Below are positions 9,286-19,692 of a stretch of DNA of 64,000 nt, one piece after another. The translations under genes and the position numbers were made by a program. The first letter of the stretch is position 1, and each line of letters starts with the position of its first letter. Under the pieces are notes generated by a model that was not told the origin of the DNA, did no database searches, and was given only the letters and a program-made list of their open reading frames with translations. Source of the DNA: Phycisphaerales bacterium (GTDB lineage: Bacteria > Planctomycetota > Phycisphaerae > WQYP01); NCBI GenBank assembly GCA_027451365.1, contig DAIDJN010000058.1, positions 105,485-169,484 of the forward strand, written 5' to 3'.

Positions 9286-12200
9286 ATGAATTCAGATTCC
9301 GCTGATTTGTCACACTTGGCCGCCGCGGCCCGCGGCGCGGATGACCGCAAAATTCTGGATTTATGCGAGCTGCTTCTTTCCGCTGAAAATGAAACAGAAA
9401 TGCTCCGCGGTCTGATGCATATTCTGATAGAATCCTGGGGAGCGCAGATCGCCTGGGTTGGCCGTCCAGATGCTCACGGTAATTTGTATCCGGACGAATG
9501 CGCGGGTCCCGGTGCCGCAGAATATATGCGGTTGGCGAAGATTCGCGTCGTGGGCGATTCAGTACCCCAAGGCCCCGCCGCCCGCTGCTGGGAATCCAAA
9601 ACGACAGTCATCGTGGCCGACTGGCTGCTTGAACCGGTGATGGAACCATGGCAAAAGCTCGGATTCGGATGGCGGTGTTCTGTTTCGGTTCCGCTGGTGG
9701 GCCTCCGGGGCATGGAGGGTGTCTTATCGCTTTACAGCCGCACGCCGGATTTTTTTTCCGGCATGCAGGATATGCTGGCCGCGCTGGGCCGGCTTTTGGG
9801 CAAAGCCCTCGAACAGATCCGCACCCGTCAAGTGCGTACCGCTTACGAAAGTCTGCTTGACGCGCTGACACTGGCGCAGCAGGAAACAAATTCCGGCGCG
9901 GATGAAGAACAGATTGCCCGAACCTTCGCGGGGCGTTTTTTTTCGGTCGATTATTTTTCCGTTATTGATGTCGTGCGGGCCGAATCCGACGACGGCTTTC
10001 AGATTGTCGCCATCCATTCCGTGCGGCCGGAATTGTCCGACCCGTTTGCCGGTCGCATTATTTCACAGCCCGCCGGTGATCGGCCTCCATTTCTGAATCG
10101 GGTGGTTTCATCTGGTCAGGCTGTTTTCAGTAATGATTATCTAAGCGAGCCGCATCTTGCCGCCCCGGAATTTTCCGCTTGGCGCACGCTGGCCGCGGAG
10201 TTGGGTGTTTGTCAGTTTGCGGCTATTCCCGTGCGGGTGGATGGTCAGATATGGGGCGCACTGTGTCTGGGAGCCAGCCGCGGACGTGTGGCATTTTCCT
10301 CCATGGTTGAATTATTCAACCGGCTGGGCGATGTACTGGGTGTGAAAATTGAGAAGCGCCGCCATGAAATGCGGCTGGAGGAAAGTCTTAAACGATTGCG
10401 CTTAACCGAACGGGTCTTTGAATCCGCTCAGGAAGGGATTCTGATTACTGATGCGGACGAACGGATTGTATACGCCAACGCGGCGCTGCTGCGTACTACC
10501 GGATATGCCGCCGAGGAACTTATTGGCCAGACTCCTCGTCTGTTCAGGTCTGGCCGGCATGACCGGCATTTTTATCAGAATATGTGGGCGGCGGTTCACC
10601 ACTCCGGTCGCTGGCAAGGAGAAATGTGGAATCGGCGTAAAAATGGCGACCTGTTTCCGGTCATCATCAGCATAAGTTCCATCACGGACGAGGCCGGTCG
10701 AATCCGCCATTATGTCGGTGTGTCGACGGATATAACGGAACTCAAGGCCAAGGAATCGCACCTGCAGCAACTTGCGGCCAGCGATTTTTTGACCGGCCTT
10801 CCCAATCGATATGCGCTGGAACAACACCTGCAAACCGCTCTGCCCCGCGCAGCTCGCCACAAACGGGACATGGCGCTGGCAATTCTGGATCTGGACCTGT
10901 TCAAGCCCGTCAACGATACCCATGGTCATTCCGCCGGCGACCAGATTCTGCGTGAGTTGGCCAGCCGGTTAAAAGTCTGCCTGCGCGATTCGGATTTTCT
11001 GGCGCGCCTGGGCGGCGACGAATTCGTGATGGTGCTTGAAGAGATCAGCGATCGTGGTGACCTGGACATCGTTCTGAACAGGATTCGCGAGGCCGTGGAA
11101 ACACCTTTTTCCGTGGATCAGGCCAAGGTGCAGATCAAGGCCAGTATAGGGGTGGCGCTTTATGCCGCAGGATCGCCAAGAAACAGCGATCTTCTGCGCG
11201 ACGCGGATATGGCGCTTTACGCCGTCAAGCAGGATCGCCGCCGCACCGGCACGTTTTACGCGGTTTACGATTCTGCGGTGAATTCGCCCGTGACTGGCAC
11301 TCGCAGCGGCGACGATTTTTTTCCAAAGCTGATCTCTTCAGGTCTGCTGGTTTTTTATCAGCCGGTGCTCAATGTGCCTTCCGGAGAAATTCGCGAGGTT
11401 GAAGCGCTGGCAAGGTTGCGATCAGGCGACGATATCTACGCGCCGGGGCAGTTTTTGCCGCGGCTTTCACCGGCGGATATCAGGAGACTGAGTCTGGCGG
11501 TTCTGACCGAATCGCTGGCGCAGCTTCGCCAATGGGATCAGCTTGGTTATTCCGTGCGCGTCGCGGTGAATTTTGAATCCATGGATTTGCTCGACCCGGT
11601 TATGCCTGCGAATCTGCAGCGGATAATTCAGCAAAACGGCATTGCGCCGGAGCGCATTACTTTGGAAATACTTGAGGGCGGCGAAATTCTTTCCCATCGC
11701 GGAGCCAAGCAGGCATTGGAACGGCTCAAGTCTCTTGGTGTGCAGATCGCTCTGGATGACCTGGGCAGTGCCTATGCCAGCCTGCTGCGTGTGCGCGAAT
11801 TGCCGGTGGATGTCATAAAGCTGGACCATATTTTCTGTGTCGGCCTGCAACGCCGCCCGAAGGATTTGCAGTTTCTTATGAGTGTGCTGGACCTTGCCCG
11901 GGGCTTAAAAGTCGAATGCGTAATTGAAGGGGTTGAGAACAAGGATGTGTTCGCAGCCGTTCGCACGCTGGGTGCCCGTCGAGTTCAGGGATACGCCATC
12001 GCCCGGCCCGCGATGGCGGACAATATGCTGGAACTGATTAAATCTTCACCGCTGAAACTTGAACCGCCTGATGGTCCGCTGGCGGCCTATGCCGGACATT
12101 TAATCTGGTACCGGTCGGTCGTGGAAATCCTTTTGCGTACGCCAAGCATTTTTTCACCGATTACCGTCGGAGATATTTCGCTTTGTCCGCTGACGCGGCA

Positions 12201-12390
12201 GTTGGAACCATTTCCGGAGCTTGATTCCCTGCACAGGCTGTTGCACACCCAGATCGCGGAAATCGCCGCCGGGGCGATTCCGGTACGTGATGGCTTGCGA
12301 CAGCTGCGCGATACCAGTCAGTCCCTTCGCGCGGGAATCGAAAAATTCATTGTAGACCCCGCCGCCTCCGATGTTGCGCGCCGCGCGTAG
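9286..12390 (+). CDS. Diguanylate cyclase/phosphodiesterase: GAF-GAF-PAS/PAC-GGDEF-EAL-CZB
   Basis: PAS (GILITDADERIVYANAA...WQGEMWNRRKNG), RLGGDEF with RDSD I-site, EAL motifs EALARL, DDLGSAYASL, EGVE, QGY; C-terminal H..W...C.L...H...H. Confidence 0.93.
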   Translation: MNSDSADLSHLAAAARGADDRKILDLCELLLSAENETEMLRGLMHILIESWGAQIAWVGRPDAHGNLYPDECAGPGAAEYMRLAKIRVVGDSVPQGPAARCWESKTTVIVADWLLEPVMEPWQKLGFGWRCSVSVPLVGLRGMEGVLSLYSRTPDFFSGMQDMLAALGRLLGKALEQIRTRQVRTAYESLLDALTLAQQETNSGADEEQIARTFAGRFFSVDYFSVIDVVRAESDDGFQIVAIHSVRPELSDPFAGRIISQPAGDRPPFLNRVVSSGQAVFSNDYLSEPHLAAPEFSAWRTLAAELGVCQFAAIPVRVDGQIWGALCLGASRGRVAFSSMVELFNRLGDVLGVKIEKRRHEMRLEESLKRLRLTERVFESAQEGILITDADERIVYANAALLRTTGYAAEELIGQTPRLFRSGRHDRHFYQNMWAAVHHSGRWQGEMWNRRKNGDLFPVIISISSITDEAGRIRHYVGVSTDITELKAKESHLQQLAASDFLTGLPNRYALEQHLQTALPRAARHKRDMALAILDLDLFKPVNDTHGHSAGDQILRELASRLKVCLRDSDFLARLGGDEFVMVLEEISDRGDLDIVLNRIREAVETPFSVDQAKVQIKASIGVALYAAGSPRNSDLLRDADMALYAVKQDRRRTGTFYAVYDSAVNSPVTGTRSGDDFFPKLISSGLLVFYQPVLNVPSGEIREVEALARLRSGDDIYAPGQFLPRLSPADIRRLSLAVLTESLAQLRQWDQLGYSVRVAVNFESMDLLDPVMPANLQRIIQQNGIAPERITLEILEGGEILSHRGAKQALERLKSLGVQIALDDLGSAYASLLRVRELPVDVIKLDHIFCVGLQRRPKDLQFLMSVLDLARGLKVECVIEGVENKDVFAAVRTLGARRVQGYAIARPAMADNMLELIKSSPLKLEPPDGPLAAYAGHLIWYRSVVEILLRTPSIFSPITVGDISLCPLTRQLEPFPELDSLHRLLHTQIAEIAAGAIPVRDGLRQLRDTSQSLRAGIEKFIVDPAASDVARRA

Positions 12391-12703
12391 GCAGTCCGAC
12401 CATGCTCCGCAGGCAAACTGGCGGTTCACCGTGCGCCCAGTTTACTTGTCCTGGCGAACGTCGATTGGCTATCGCCGGGGAAGTTGGGAAATGGCTGGGT
12501 GTCGCTTGTAATGTATTCGGGGGGAATATTCCGCACCCGGCGCTTTTCCGATAATCGCGGGAAAAAAATTAAGACCGCATTGATATTTACCGGCGGATGA
12601 CGGTATTCTATTGCGTTCCAAATGTGTGTCGGATGTGGAAAATTGCCAATGCGAACTCCGCAGCGGGTGGCGTCCACAGAATGATGTTTCCGGAGCCGTT
12701 AAA

Positions 12704-15559
12704 ATGGTGCAGGTTTTCAAGCGCTACAGTCTGATGCTGGTCATGGTTGTTTTGTCGGTTGGTCTGACGGGTCAATTGTCCGCCGCCCCGCGCGACAAAA
12801 CACTTCTTTCAGGCCCGTGGATGCTGCAAAAAGCTACTCTGACGCAACTGCAACACGCCGTTCCGATTACGCACTGGCAATGGCGGTATTCATCGCTGGG
12901 GACCGGTGAACCGCCGGCGCATTGGACTGCGAAGGCTGCCCGTGGAACGCTGCCATGGGTGGCAAATTACGCCATTGGCAAACAGGATCTTTTTCATGGC
13001 AAGCAGGGATATGCCTGGTTCAAAGCCACGTTGCCCCAACTGCCCGCCGGTCTGCATATGTTGGAATTTCAAGGTGTTTCAACGCGCGCAACGGTCTATC
13101 TGAACGGTACCATGCTGACCGACCATCGGGGCGGGGCGTTCTGGTTTCAGGTGCCACTGAACAGCGCCTGGAACAGCCACGGGACCAACACGCTGCGCAT
13201 TCTGGTACACATGACCCATCCGGGTGACAAACAGGCCACGCTCAAACCCGTCGTCCTAGGCAACGCCGCCATTGCGGATTTTCCACCGGCGGCCTTCGCG
13301 GCGGTCGGTGCCGGGGGCAGTGCCCATTGGCAATCTGTTCTGGTCCCCAACGATTTTGTCGTAAACGGAAAATTCAACCGCCGCGCCAACGGCTCGCACG
13401 GCTACCTGCCTGTTTACCCCGTCTGGTACAAACGCACGTTTACGGTTCCCGTATCAGACAAGAACCGTTCATTGGAATTGTATTTTGGTGGAGTGCTTAG
13501 CGATGCTGTGGTCTATGTAAACGGTATTCAGGTGGGGGAGCATGCTGATGGCTATTCGCCGTTCCAATGCGATATCGCTTCCGCCGTGCATTTCGGCGCG
13601 GCCAATTCGCTGGTTGTTTATGTTGACCCACGCGCCACCGAAGGTTGGTGGTATGAAGGCGGCGGCATTTACCGCAATGTATGGCTGATGGCCAAACACC
13701 GCCTGCATATTGCCCATTGGGGTGCATTTGTAATGGCCACTGTTCCGGGCAGGATTCGCTATGGCGGCAACGGCGATCGTGCCGATGCCGGACTGGTGAT
13801 TCAAACCACACTGGTCAATCAGCACAAACAGCCGCGGTCAGTTGACCTTGTTTCAACAATAATCGCGCCAACCGGAAAAGTCGTCGCCACGGTTCGCACC
13901 CCGGAAACCATCGCTGGATTGTCCAGAGCGACGTTTAATCAGACCGCGACCGTGTATCGCGCCAAATTGTGGTCGCTGCATCATTGCAACCTGTATTCTC
14001 TGCATACCAGCCTAAAGGCAGGTGCCCATCTTGCGGATGCCAAAACCACGTCGTTTGGCATACGCACCATTCGCTACAGCGCCAGAAGCGGCTTTTATCT
14101 GAACGGTCGCCATGTGGAATTGGATGGCACCTGCAACCATCAGGATTTTCCCGCGGTGGGTGTAGGTGCTCCTGCGGATTTGTGGTGGTGGCGTGTGGCC
14201 CGCCTGAAGGCGATTGGTTCCAATGCCTACCGCTGTTCGCATAATGCCATGAACACCGCGCTTTACAAGGCTTGCGATCATCTGGGTATGCTGGTCATGG
14301 ATGAAAACCGTGAAATCGGCGATACCCGTGAAGGTGGAGACTATCGGAGTGCAAAATCATACGTGGGGGTGCCGTACGGCCAGAACCGGAATCTGCAGAC
14401 TCTGATCCTCCGCGACCGCAACCATCCATCGGTGATCATGTGGTCGTTGGCCAATGAGGAAATGTATATTCAGGCAACTCCCTTCGGGGCAAAACTGTTT
14501 CGGCACATGATGAAAATTGTACGGAAACTTGACCCCACGCGCCCGATTACAAGTGCCATGAATGGCGGTTATCCCAAGGGCTTTGCCACTGTGGAAGATT
14601 TACTGGGCATTAATTATGCTCCGGGCAATTACATAAAAATGCATCGGCAGTTTCCGCATTTTCCGATCTTCGGCAGCGAAGTTGGAAGTTCGGAATCTGA
14701 CCGTGGCGTTATGAAAAATAACGCCAAAGCCGGCCTGGTTGGCCAGTACACCATGCACAGCCCATGGTCGCAGGTGCCGTGGAATACCTGGCCCCTGATA
14801 GGAACCCAGCCCTTTGTGGCCGGTGGTTTTGTCTGGACTGGTTTTGATTATCGCGGCGAACCGACGCCATACCAGTGGCCGGATACCAATTCTCATTTTG
14901 GCCTGCTGGATATTTGCGGCTTTCCCAAGCCAGACGCCTATTATTATAAGGCCTGCTGGACCCGCAAGCCGATGGTGTATATTCAGCCGCAATGGGATTT
15001 TCCGGACAAGCCGGTCGGCACACCCGTTACCGTGCGCTGTTTTTCCAACTGTTCGCGGGTGGAACTGTTCGTCAACGGCAAAAGCCTGGGCGCTAAAGAT
15101 ATGCCAAAGTTTAAATATGTTGATTGGAATGTGCCATGGCATCCTGGTCGCCTGACGGTAAAAGGGTATTCCGGAACCGCTGTTGTGGCAACCTTTCACG
15201 TGCAAACGCCGGGTGCTCCAGCCCGTATCAAATTGTTCAACGAATGGCCGCACATATTGGCCGACGGTCTGAGCATCGCGCCCATCGGCGTGGAAGTAAT
15301 GGATGCCCACGGCCATGTGGTGGATAGTTCCGCAGATCGCATAACGTTTGCCGTCAGTGGGCCGGCCGACATTGCGGGTACCTCCAACGGCGACCCCGCA
15401 AGCCAGATACCCAATGCGGCCGATTACAGCAACGCCTTTTACGGCAAGTGCATGGTGCTCGTGCGGGCAACAAACACCGCCGGAAGTGTGACGGTCACGG
15501 CCCGCAGTCCGGGGCTGCCCGCCGCGACACTGGAATTTCAAACACAGCCGGTCAAATAG
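12704..15559 (+). CDS. Secreted glycoside hydrolase family 2 (beta-galactosidase-like)
   Basis: Signal peptide; WYKRTF, WWYEGGGIYRNV, GTCNHQD, RDRNHPSVIMWSLANEE (acid/base), IFGSE (nucleophile), WTGFDYRGEP. Confidence 0.93.
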   Translation: MVQVFKRYSLMLVMVVLSVGLTGQLSAAPRDKTLLSGPWMLQKATLTQLQHAVPITHWQWRYSSLGTGEPPAHWTAKAARGTLPWVANYAIGKQDLFHGKQGYAWFKATLPQLPAGLHMLEFQGVSTRATVYLNGTMLTDHRGGAFWFQVPLNSAWNSHGTNTLRILVHMTHPGDKQATLKPVVLGNAAIADFPPAAFAAVGAGGSAHWQSVLVPNDFVVNGKFNRRANGSHGYLPVYPVWYKRTFTVPVSDKNRSLELYFGGVLSDAVVYVNGIQVGEHADGYSPFQCDIASAVHFGAANSLVVYVDPRATEGWWYEGGGIYRNVWLMAKHRLHIAHWGAFVMATVPGRIRYGGNGDRADAGLVIQTTLVNQHKQPRSVDLVSTIIAPTGKVVATVRTPETIAGLSRATFNQTATVYRAKLWSLHHCNLYSLHTSLKAGAHLADAKTTSFGIRTIRYSARSGFYLNGRHVELDGTCNHQDFPAVGVGAPADLWWWRVARLKAIGSNAYRCSHNAMNTALYKACDHLGMLVMDENREIGDTREGGDYRSAKSYVGVPYGQNRNLQTLILRDRNHPSVIMWSLANEEMYIQATPFGAKLFRHMMKIVRKLDPTRPITSAMNGGYPKGFATVEDLLGINYAPGNYIKMHRQFPHFPIFGSEVGSSESDRGVMKNNAKAGLVGQYTMHSPWSQVPWNTWPLIGTQPFVAGGFVWTGFDYRGEPTPYQWPDTNSHFGLLDICGFPKPDAYYYKACWTRKPMVYIQPQWDFPDKPVGTPVTVRCFSNCSRVELFVNGKSLGAKDMPKFKYVDWNVPWHPGRLTVKGYSGTAVVATFHVQTPGAPARIKLFNEWPHILADGLSIAPIGVEVMDAHGHVVDSSADRITFAVSGPADIAGTSNGDPASQIPNAADYSNAFYGKCMVLVRATNTAGSVTVTARSPGLPAATLEFQTQPVK

Positions 15560-15832
15560 CGGCGGCGGTAAGCCTTTGCACAATTGGCCGTTTATCAGTT
15601 GATCGCCAATACATTGGCGGAATAAATGGTGCCTACGCTGTCGAAAATCAGTGCAACCGGCTTCCACCGTAACTACGGGGACTGCAACCGCAAATTCGGC
15701 TGCCACGGCTTGGACCGCGGTGTAACCACAGTGGCTTGGGCCGCGTTATAAGATTGTCGCGTTTGCTGCGGGCAGAATTGGCGGCAACTTTTCGAATTAT
15801 GTTTTCCAATGATTCGAGAATGGAGGTCACCC

Positions 15833-16114
15833 ATGGTGCGGCGGGCATTGGTGTGGATCGCGTTTTTCAGTCGACTTTGGCGAATTTCCGCGTTTATTCT
15901 GGGTATCGGGCTTATGGGGGCTGCTGGATGCACTTCGTCGCCATGGTATCAGAATAACAATCAATGTGGACCGGCTTATTACCATCGTGACCGAGACGAC
16001 GGCGATGATGACCGCGACGACGAAGACGATGATCGCAGTTCCGTCTACGACCGCGATGACTATTTCCATTATGCGACGCCCGGCCGTCCTGTTTCTTCGG
16101 GTTACGGATATTAG
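15833..16114 (+). CDS. Small Asp-rich putative lipoprotein
   Basis: GGAGG RBS; hydrophobic leader ending LMGAAGC; mature part contains HRDRDDGDDDRDDEDDDR. Confidence 0.6.
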   Translation: MVRRALVWIAFFSRLWRISAFILGIGLMGAAGCTSSPWYQNNNQCGPAYYHRDRDDGDDDRDDEDDDRSSVYDRDDYFHYATPGRPVSSGYGY

Positions 16115-16278
16115 GGCCAACTCCACAACTCTGTATGTAACCCCGGATTCCTGGAAAGAAAGAAATAAAGTGGAAACTGCCAATTCCCTGGCTACAATCA
16201 ATTGGGGCCGCAAATATTGTAACCGGTGTTTCAATCAGGGGCGGTATTTTTCCCATGGCGTCGTAAGTGGAGAATATT

Positions 16279-16488
16279 ATGGCCAGGAATGCAATTCGTT
16301 ATTTTATCACCGGGTGCCGGGTGTGGTACCTTGCCGTATTTGTTCTCGCCCCTCTGTTGATCGGGACGGGTGGATGCGTCTGGCATGGGTGGGGCCGTGG
16401 TGACGACCGTGGACACGACCAGTATTACCAGCGCGACGACGACCACCAGGACGACCACCATGATGGCGATCAATATGAGCACCATTGA
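16279..16488 (+). CDS. Small His/Asp-rich putative lipoprotein
   Basis: GGAG RBS; leader ending LLIGTGGC; mature CVWHGWGRGDDRGHDQYYQRDDDHQDDHHDGDQYEHH. Confidence 0.6.
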   Translation: MARNAIRYFITGCRVWYLAVFVLAPLLIGTGGCVWHGWGRGDDRGHDQYYQRDDDHQDDHHDGDQYEHH

Positions 16489-16633
16489 TCGGGCATCCGA
16501 TCGGGCGTCACGGCGACTATTCCACGAACAATTCCGTGACGTTCACCGCAGATTCCCTGTCCGCAAGGGCTTGGGCCGTCGGCGAACTTGTCGGCCAGCC
16601 TTTTCGTCGGTGGCTCTTTATTAAATGTGAAGC

Positions 16634-18268
16634 TCAGGCGATGGACTGTTTTGCCGAAGCGGGCAGCAATGACTTTCCAGTCATTTCCGACGGCTGAGGC
16701 AGACCCATCATCATCAGCATAGTCGGGGCGACATCTGCCAAACAGCCGCCTGAACGAAGTTTCACTCCGCGATAGCGGTCGTCGACGACAATCAGCGGAA
16801 CATCAAATGTGGTATGGCTGGTGTGCGGACAATTGTTAATCGGGTCCCACATCTGCTCGCAATTGCCGTGGTCGGCGGTGACAATCAATGCGCCGCCCAT
16901 CTTTTTCACCTTGTCTACCAGCTTTCCTACGCAGGCATCCACGGTTTCCACGGCCTTAATGGCGGCCTGTAAATTGCCGGTGTGGCCTACCATGTCGCCA
17001 TTGGCAAAGTTCACCACATACAGATCGTTTTCACCGGAATTCAGGTTTTCAAGTACAATATCCGTCACTTCGGCAGCGCTCATTTCCGGCTGCTGGTCAT
17101 AGGTTGAAACTTTCGGACTTGGTGCCATTTGGCGGCTTTCCCGCGGGAAAGGCGACTCGCGATAGTCATTGAAAAAGAACGTGACATGCGGAAATTTCTC
17201 CGTTTCCGCCGATCGGAACTGCTTCAGGCCAAGCTCGGCCATATACATGCCCAGAATGTCGTGCATTTTTTCCGGCTTGGGAAAGACCACCTCCACGGGA
17301 AGGCCCTCCTCATAGGCGGTCATGGTAACAAACAGCAGGTCTTTCGGTCGCGATGACCGCCTGAAGCCGCCATTTTTCTCAGCGGAAAACCGGGCATCGT
17401 CATAGACGAATGCTTTAGTAATTTCGCGCGGCCGATCACCACGGTAATTAAAAAAGATAACCGAGTCATGGTCATGAATCGCCGCATCTACGCCGTTTGG
17501 AAGGTCAATCACACTGGGCACCACAAATTCATCACCCGCCCGTGAGGGTTCGGAAGCATGGGTGTAATAATCTTCCAGTGCGGCTTGCGCCGTCGGGAAA
17601 TGTTTGCCTGCCCGCCGGGTCAGCAGGTTAAAGGCGTTTTCCACACGGTCCCAGCGGTTGTCGCGGTCCATCGCGTAGTACCGCCCGACCACACTGGCGA
17701 TGCGGCCGATTCCCAGTTCCCTGGTTTTGGCCTCCAGGCTGGCTAAATATTTTCGTGCCCCCTGCGGCGCGGTATCGCGGCCATCGGTTATCGCGTGAAT
17801 AAACACGCGGTCCGATGGAAAATTGACTCGGTGGGCCAGTTCCAGAATCGCATAGGCGTGCTCAAGGTCTGAATGCACCCGGCCATCCGAACAAAGGCCC
17901 AGAATATGCACGCGACTGTTCATATCCAGCGCCCGGCTGAACGCCTTGTTCAAAGCCGCGTTTTGAAAAAAACTACCCTCGCGAATGCGTCGCGTGATGC
18001 GCATCGTTTCCTGGTCCACAATGCGGCCGGCACCAATGTTCTGGTGCCCTACTTCGCTGTTGCCCATCACACCATCGGGCAACCCAACCCATTCGCCGCT
18101 GGTATGCACCAGCACACTTGGATATTCGGCCATCAGGTGGTCATCCACCGGATGCCGGGCAATTTTAACGGCATTGTAAGCATCCATTTCTGAATGCGGA
18201 TTGCAGCCCCAGCCATCGCGGACAATAAGCATCATGGGGCGTTTGGCGGAATTTGGGGAGGAAGGCAT
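16634..18268 (-). CDS. gpmI: 2,3-bisphosphoglycerate-independent phosphoglycerate mutase
   Basis: IVRDGWG, MGNSEVGH, GRYYAMDRD, AETEKFPHVTFF, DMVGHTG, TADHGN. Confidence 0.98.
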   Translation of the reverse strand: MPSSPNSAKRPMMLIVRDGWGCNPHSEMDAYNAVKIARHPVDDHLMAEYPSVLVHTSGEWVGLPDGVMGNSEVGHQNIGAGRIVDQETMRITRRIREGSFFQNAALNKAFSRALDMNSRVHILGLCSDGRVHSDLEHAYAILELAHRVNFPSDRVFIHAITDGRDTAPQGARKYLASLEAKTRELGIGRIASVVGRYYAMDRDNRWDRVENAFNLLTRRAGKHFPTAQAALEDYYTHASEPSRAGDEFVVPSVIDLPNGVDAAIHDHDSVIFFNYRGDRPREITKAFVYDDARFSAEKNGGFRRSSRPKDLLFVTMTAYEEGLPVEVVFPKPEKMHDILGMYMAELGLKQFRSAETEKFPHVTFFFNDYRESPFPRESRQMAPSPKVSTYDQQPEMSAAEVTDIVLENLNSGENDLYVVNFANGDMVGHTGNLQAAIKAVETVDACVGKLVDKVKKMGGALIVTADHGNCEQMWDPINNCPHTSHTTFDVPLIVVDDRYRGVKLRSGGCLADVAPTMLMMMGLPQPSEMTGKSLLPASAKQSIA

Positions 18269-18384
18269 TTAAAACTCCATACAGAGCAACGCAAATATTT
18301 TTCACACGGACCAGCCACGTTCATGGCGCACCGGTCATGCAAATGGTATCGCCAAGTGCCGCGGGAAAAAAGTGTCGGTGCCGC

Positions 18385-19692
18385 TTAATGAACAAACTGG
18401 AAATAACCCACCGCCAACGCTGTCGTGACAAGCGTAAGCGGAACGCCGACTTTAAGATATTCGGTAAATGCCAGGCGGATGGAGAACGGCTCGGCTTGCT
18501 CGGCAACAATCAGATTGGCAATCGACCCCAGCAGAGTCAGGTTACCCGCAAACGTGCTGGTCACCGCCAGCAGGTACCAGGTGGAAGTGGCGGACATCGG
18601 AATGGCTGGTTTAATCAGCAGCACCGCCGGTACGTTGCTCACCAGATTGGAAAGCACGAGGGTCGTTGAAGCCAAAGGAATATGAGATTGCAGCGAAATG
18701 CCGGCATGGGCAATCGCGTGCATGGCCGGTGCCAGCAGGGCATGACGCTGGGCGTCACCAATGACAATAAACAGTCCCACAAACAATAGAATCAGATTCC
18801 AATCTACCAGCGCAAACAGATCCCGCGGGCGGGTTTTGCGGGAAATCATCAGCAGGCCGGCTGCGGCGAGCGCGGCGACAGGCCGCGACAGGTCGATACC
18901 TTCGCCAATAATCATGGCCAGCAGCAGCAGCCCCATGATGAAAAGTGTCTTATGTATCATCGACCACCGGGTAACAGCCTCCCTGGCAGCCGGGTGGTCG
19001 CCGGGGACATCCATTTTTTCAGAAACGATATCAGACAACCGCCGCCGATACACAACCGTGACCGTTACGAACGCCAGCACAACGCAAACAATTACCAGCG
19101 GCAGCACTGTCAGGCTGAAAGCGGCGAAAGAAAGATTGCCCGCCTGCCCGATCAGCATGTTCTGGGGGTTGCCAATCACGGTGGCTGCTGAACCGATATT
19201 GGCTGAAACGGCCAGCGCCATCAAATATGGAATTGGATCACGTCCGGCACGGCGCATGGCTACGCACAGCACCGGTGTAAAAATAAGGCATATCACATCA
19301 TTGGCAAAAAGGGCGGAAAGAACCGATGCGGCCAGCATAATCAACGCGAGCAGGACCCGCGGACTTTTGGCAACGCTGACGATTCGTCGTACCACCCAAT
19401 CGTAATAACCCGCCAGCCGAAGCTGGGCCGAAATGATCATCATGCTGATCAGCAACGCGAGTGTCGGAAAGTTAATTTCGTTAATCGCCTGCCCGAAGGA
19501 CAGCCTGTGCAGCACCAGCACGGCCACCGCACCCAGCGTGGCAATGGAAGTTCGGTCCAGCCGTGTACCCGGCAGGCCGCCCAAGGCCAAGCCCAGGTAA
19601 GTGGTCAGGAAAATCGCCAAGTCCAGCCATTGGCCGTGGTGCGATGCCCAGGAAGTGACAGCCGTCGCAAACGCAACGATGTCAGGCGTCAT
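18385..19692 (-). CDS. ArsB/NhaD/SLC13-superfamily anion transporter (YbiR-like)
   Basis: LDRTSIATLGA, SALFANDVICL, SANIGSAATVIGNPQNM, SNLVSNVPAV, AGNLTLLGSIANLIV; many TM helices. Confidence 0.88.
   Translation of the reverse strand: MTPDIVAFATAVTSWASHHGQWLDLAIFLTTYLGLALGGLPGTRLDRTSIATLGAVAVLVLHRLSFGQAINEINFPTLALLISMMIISAQLRLAGYYDWVVRRIVSVAKSPRVLLALIMLAASVLSALFANDVICLIFTPVLCVAMRRAGRDPIPYLMALAVSANIGSAATVIGNPQNMLIGQAGNLSFAAFSLTVLPLVIVCVVLAFVTVTVVYRRRLSDIVSEKMDVPGDHPAAREAVTRWSMIHKTLFIMGLLLLAMIIGEGIDLSRPVAALAAAGLLMISRKTRPRDLFALVDWNLILLFVGLFIVIGDAQRHALLAPAMHAIAHAGISLQSHIPLASTTLVLSNLVSNVPAVLLIKPAIPMSATSTWYLLAVTSTFAGNLTLLGSIANLIVAEQAEPFSIRLAFTEYLKVGVPLTLVTTALAVGYFQFVH

Noticed and set aside
14600..15706. 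368-aa minus-strand ORF
   Set aside because: Antisense shadow of the GH2 gene with no recognisable motifs.
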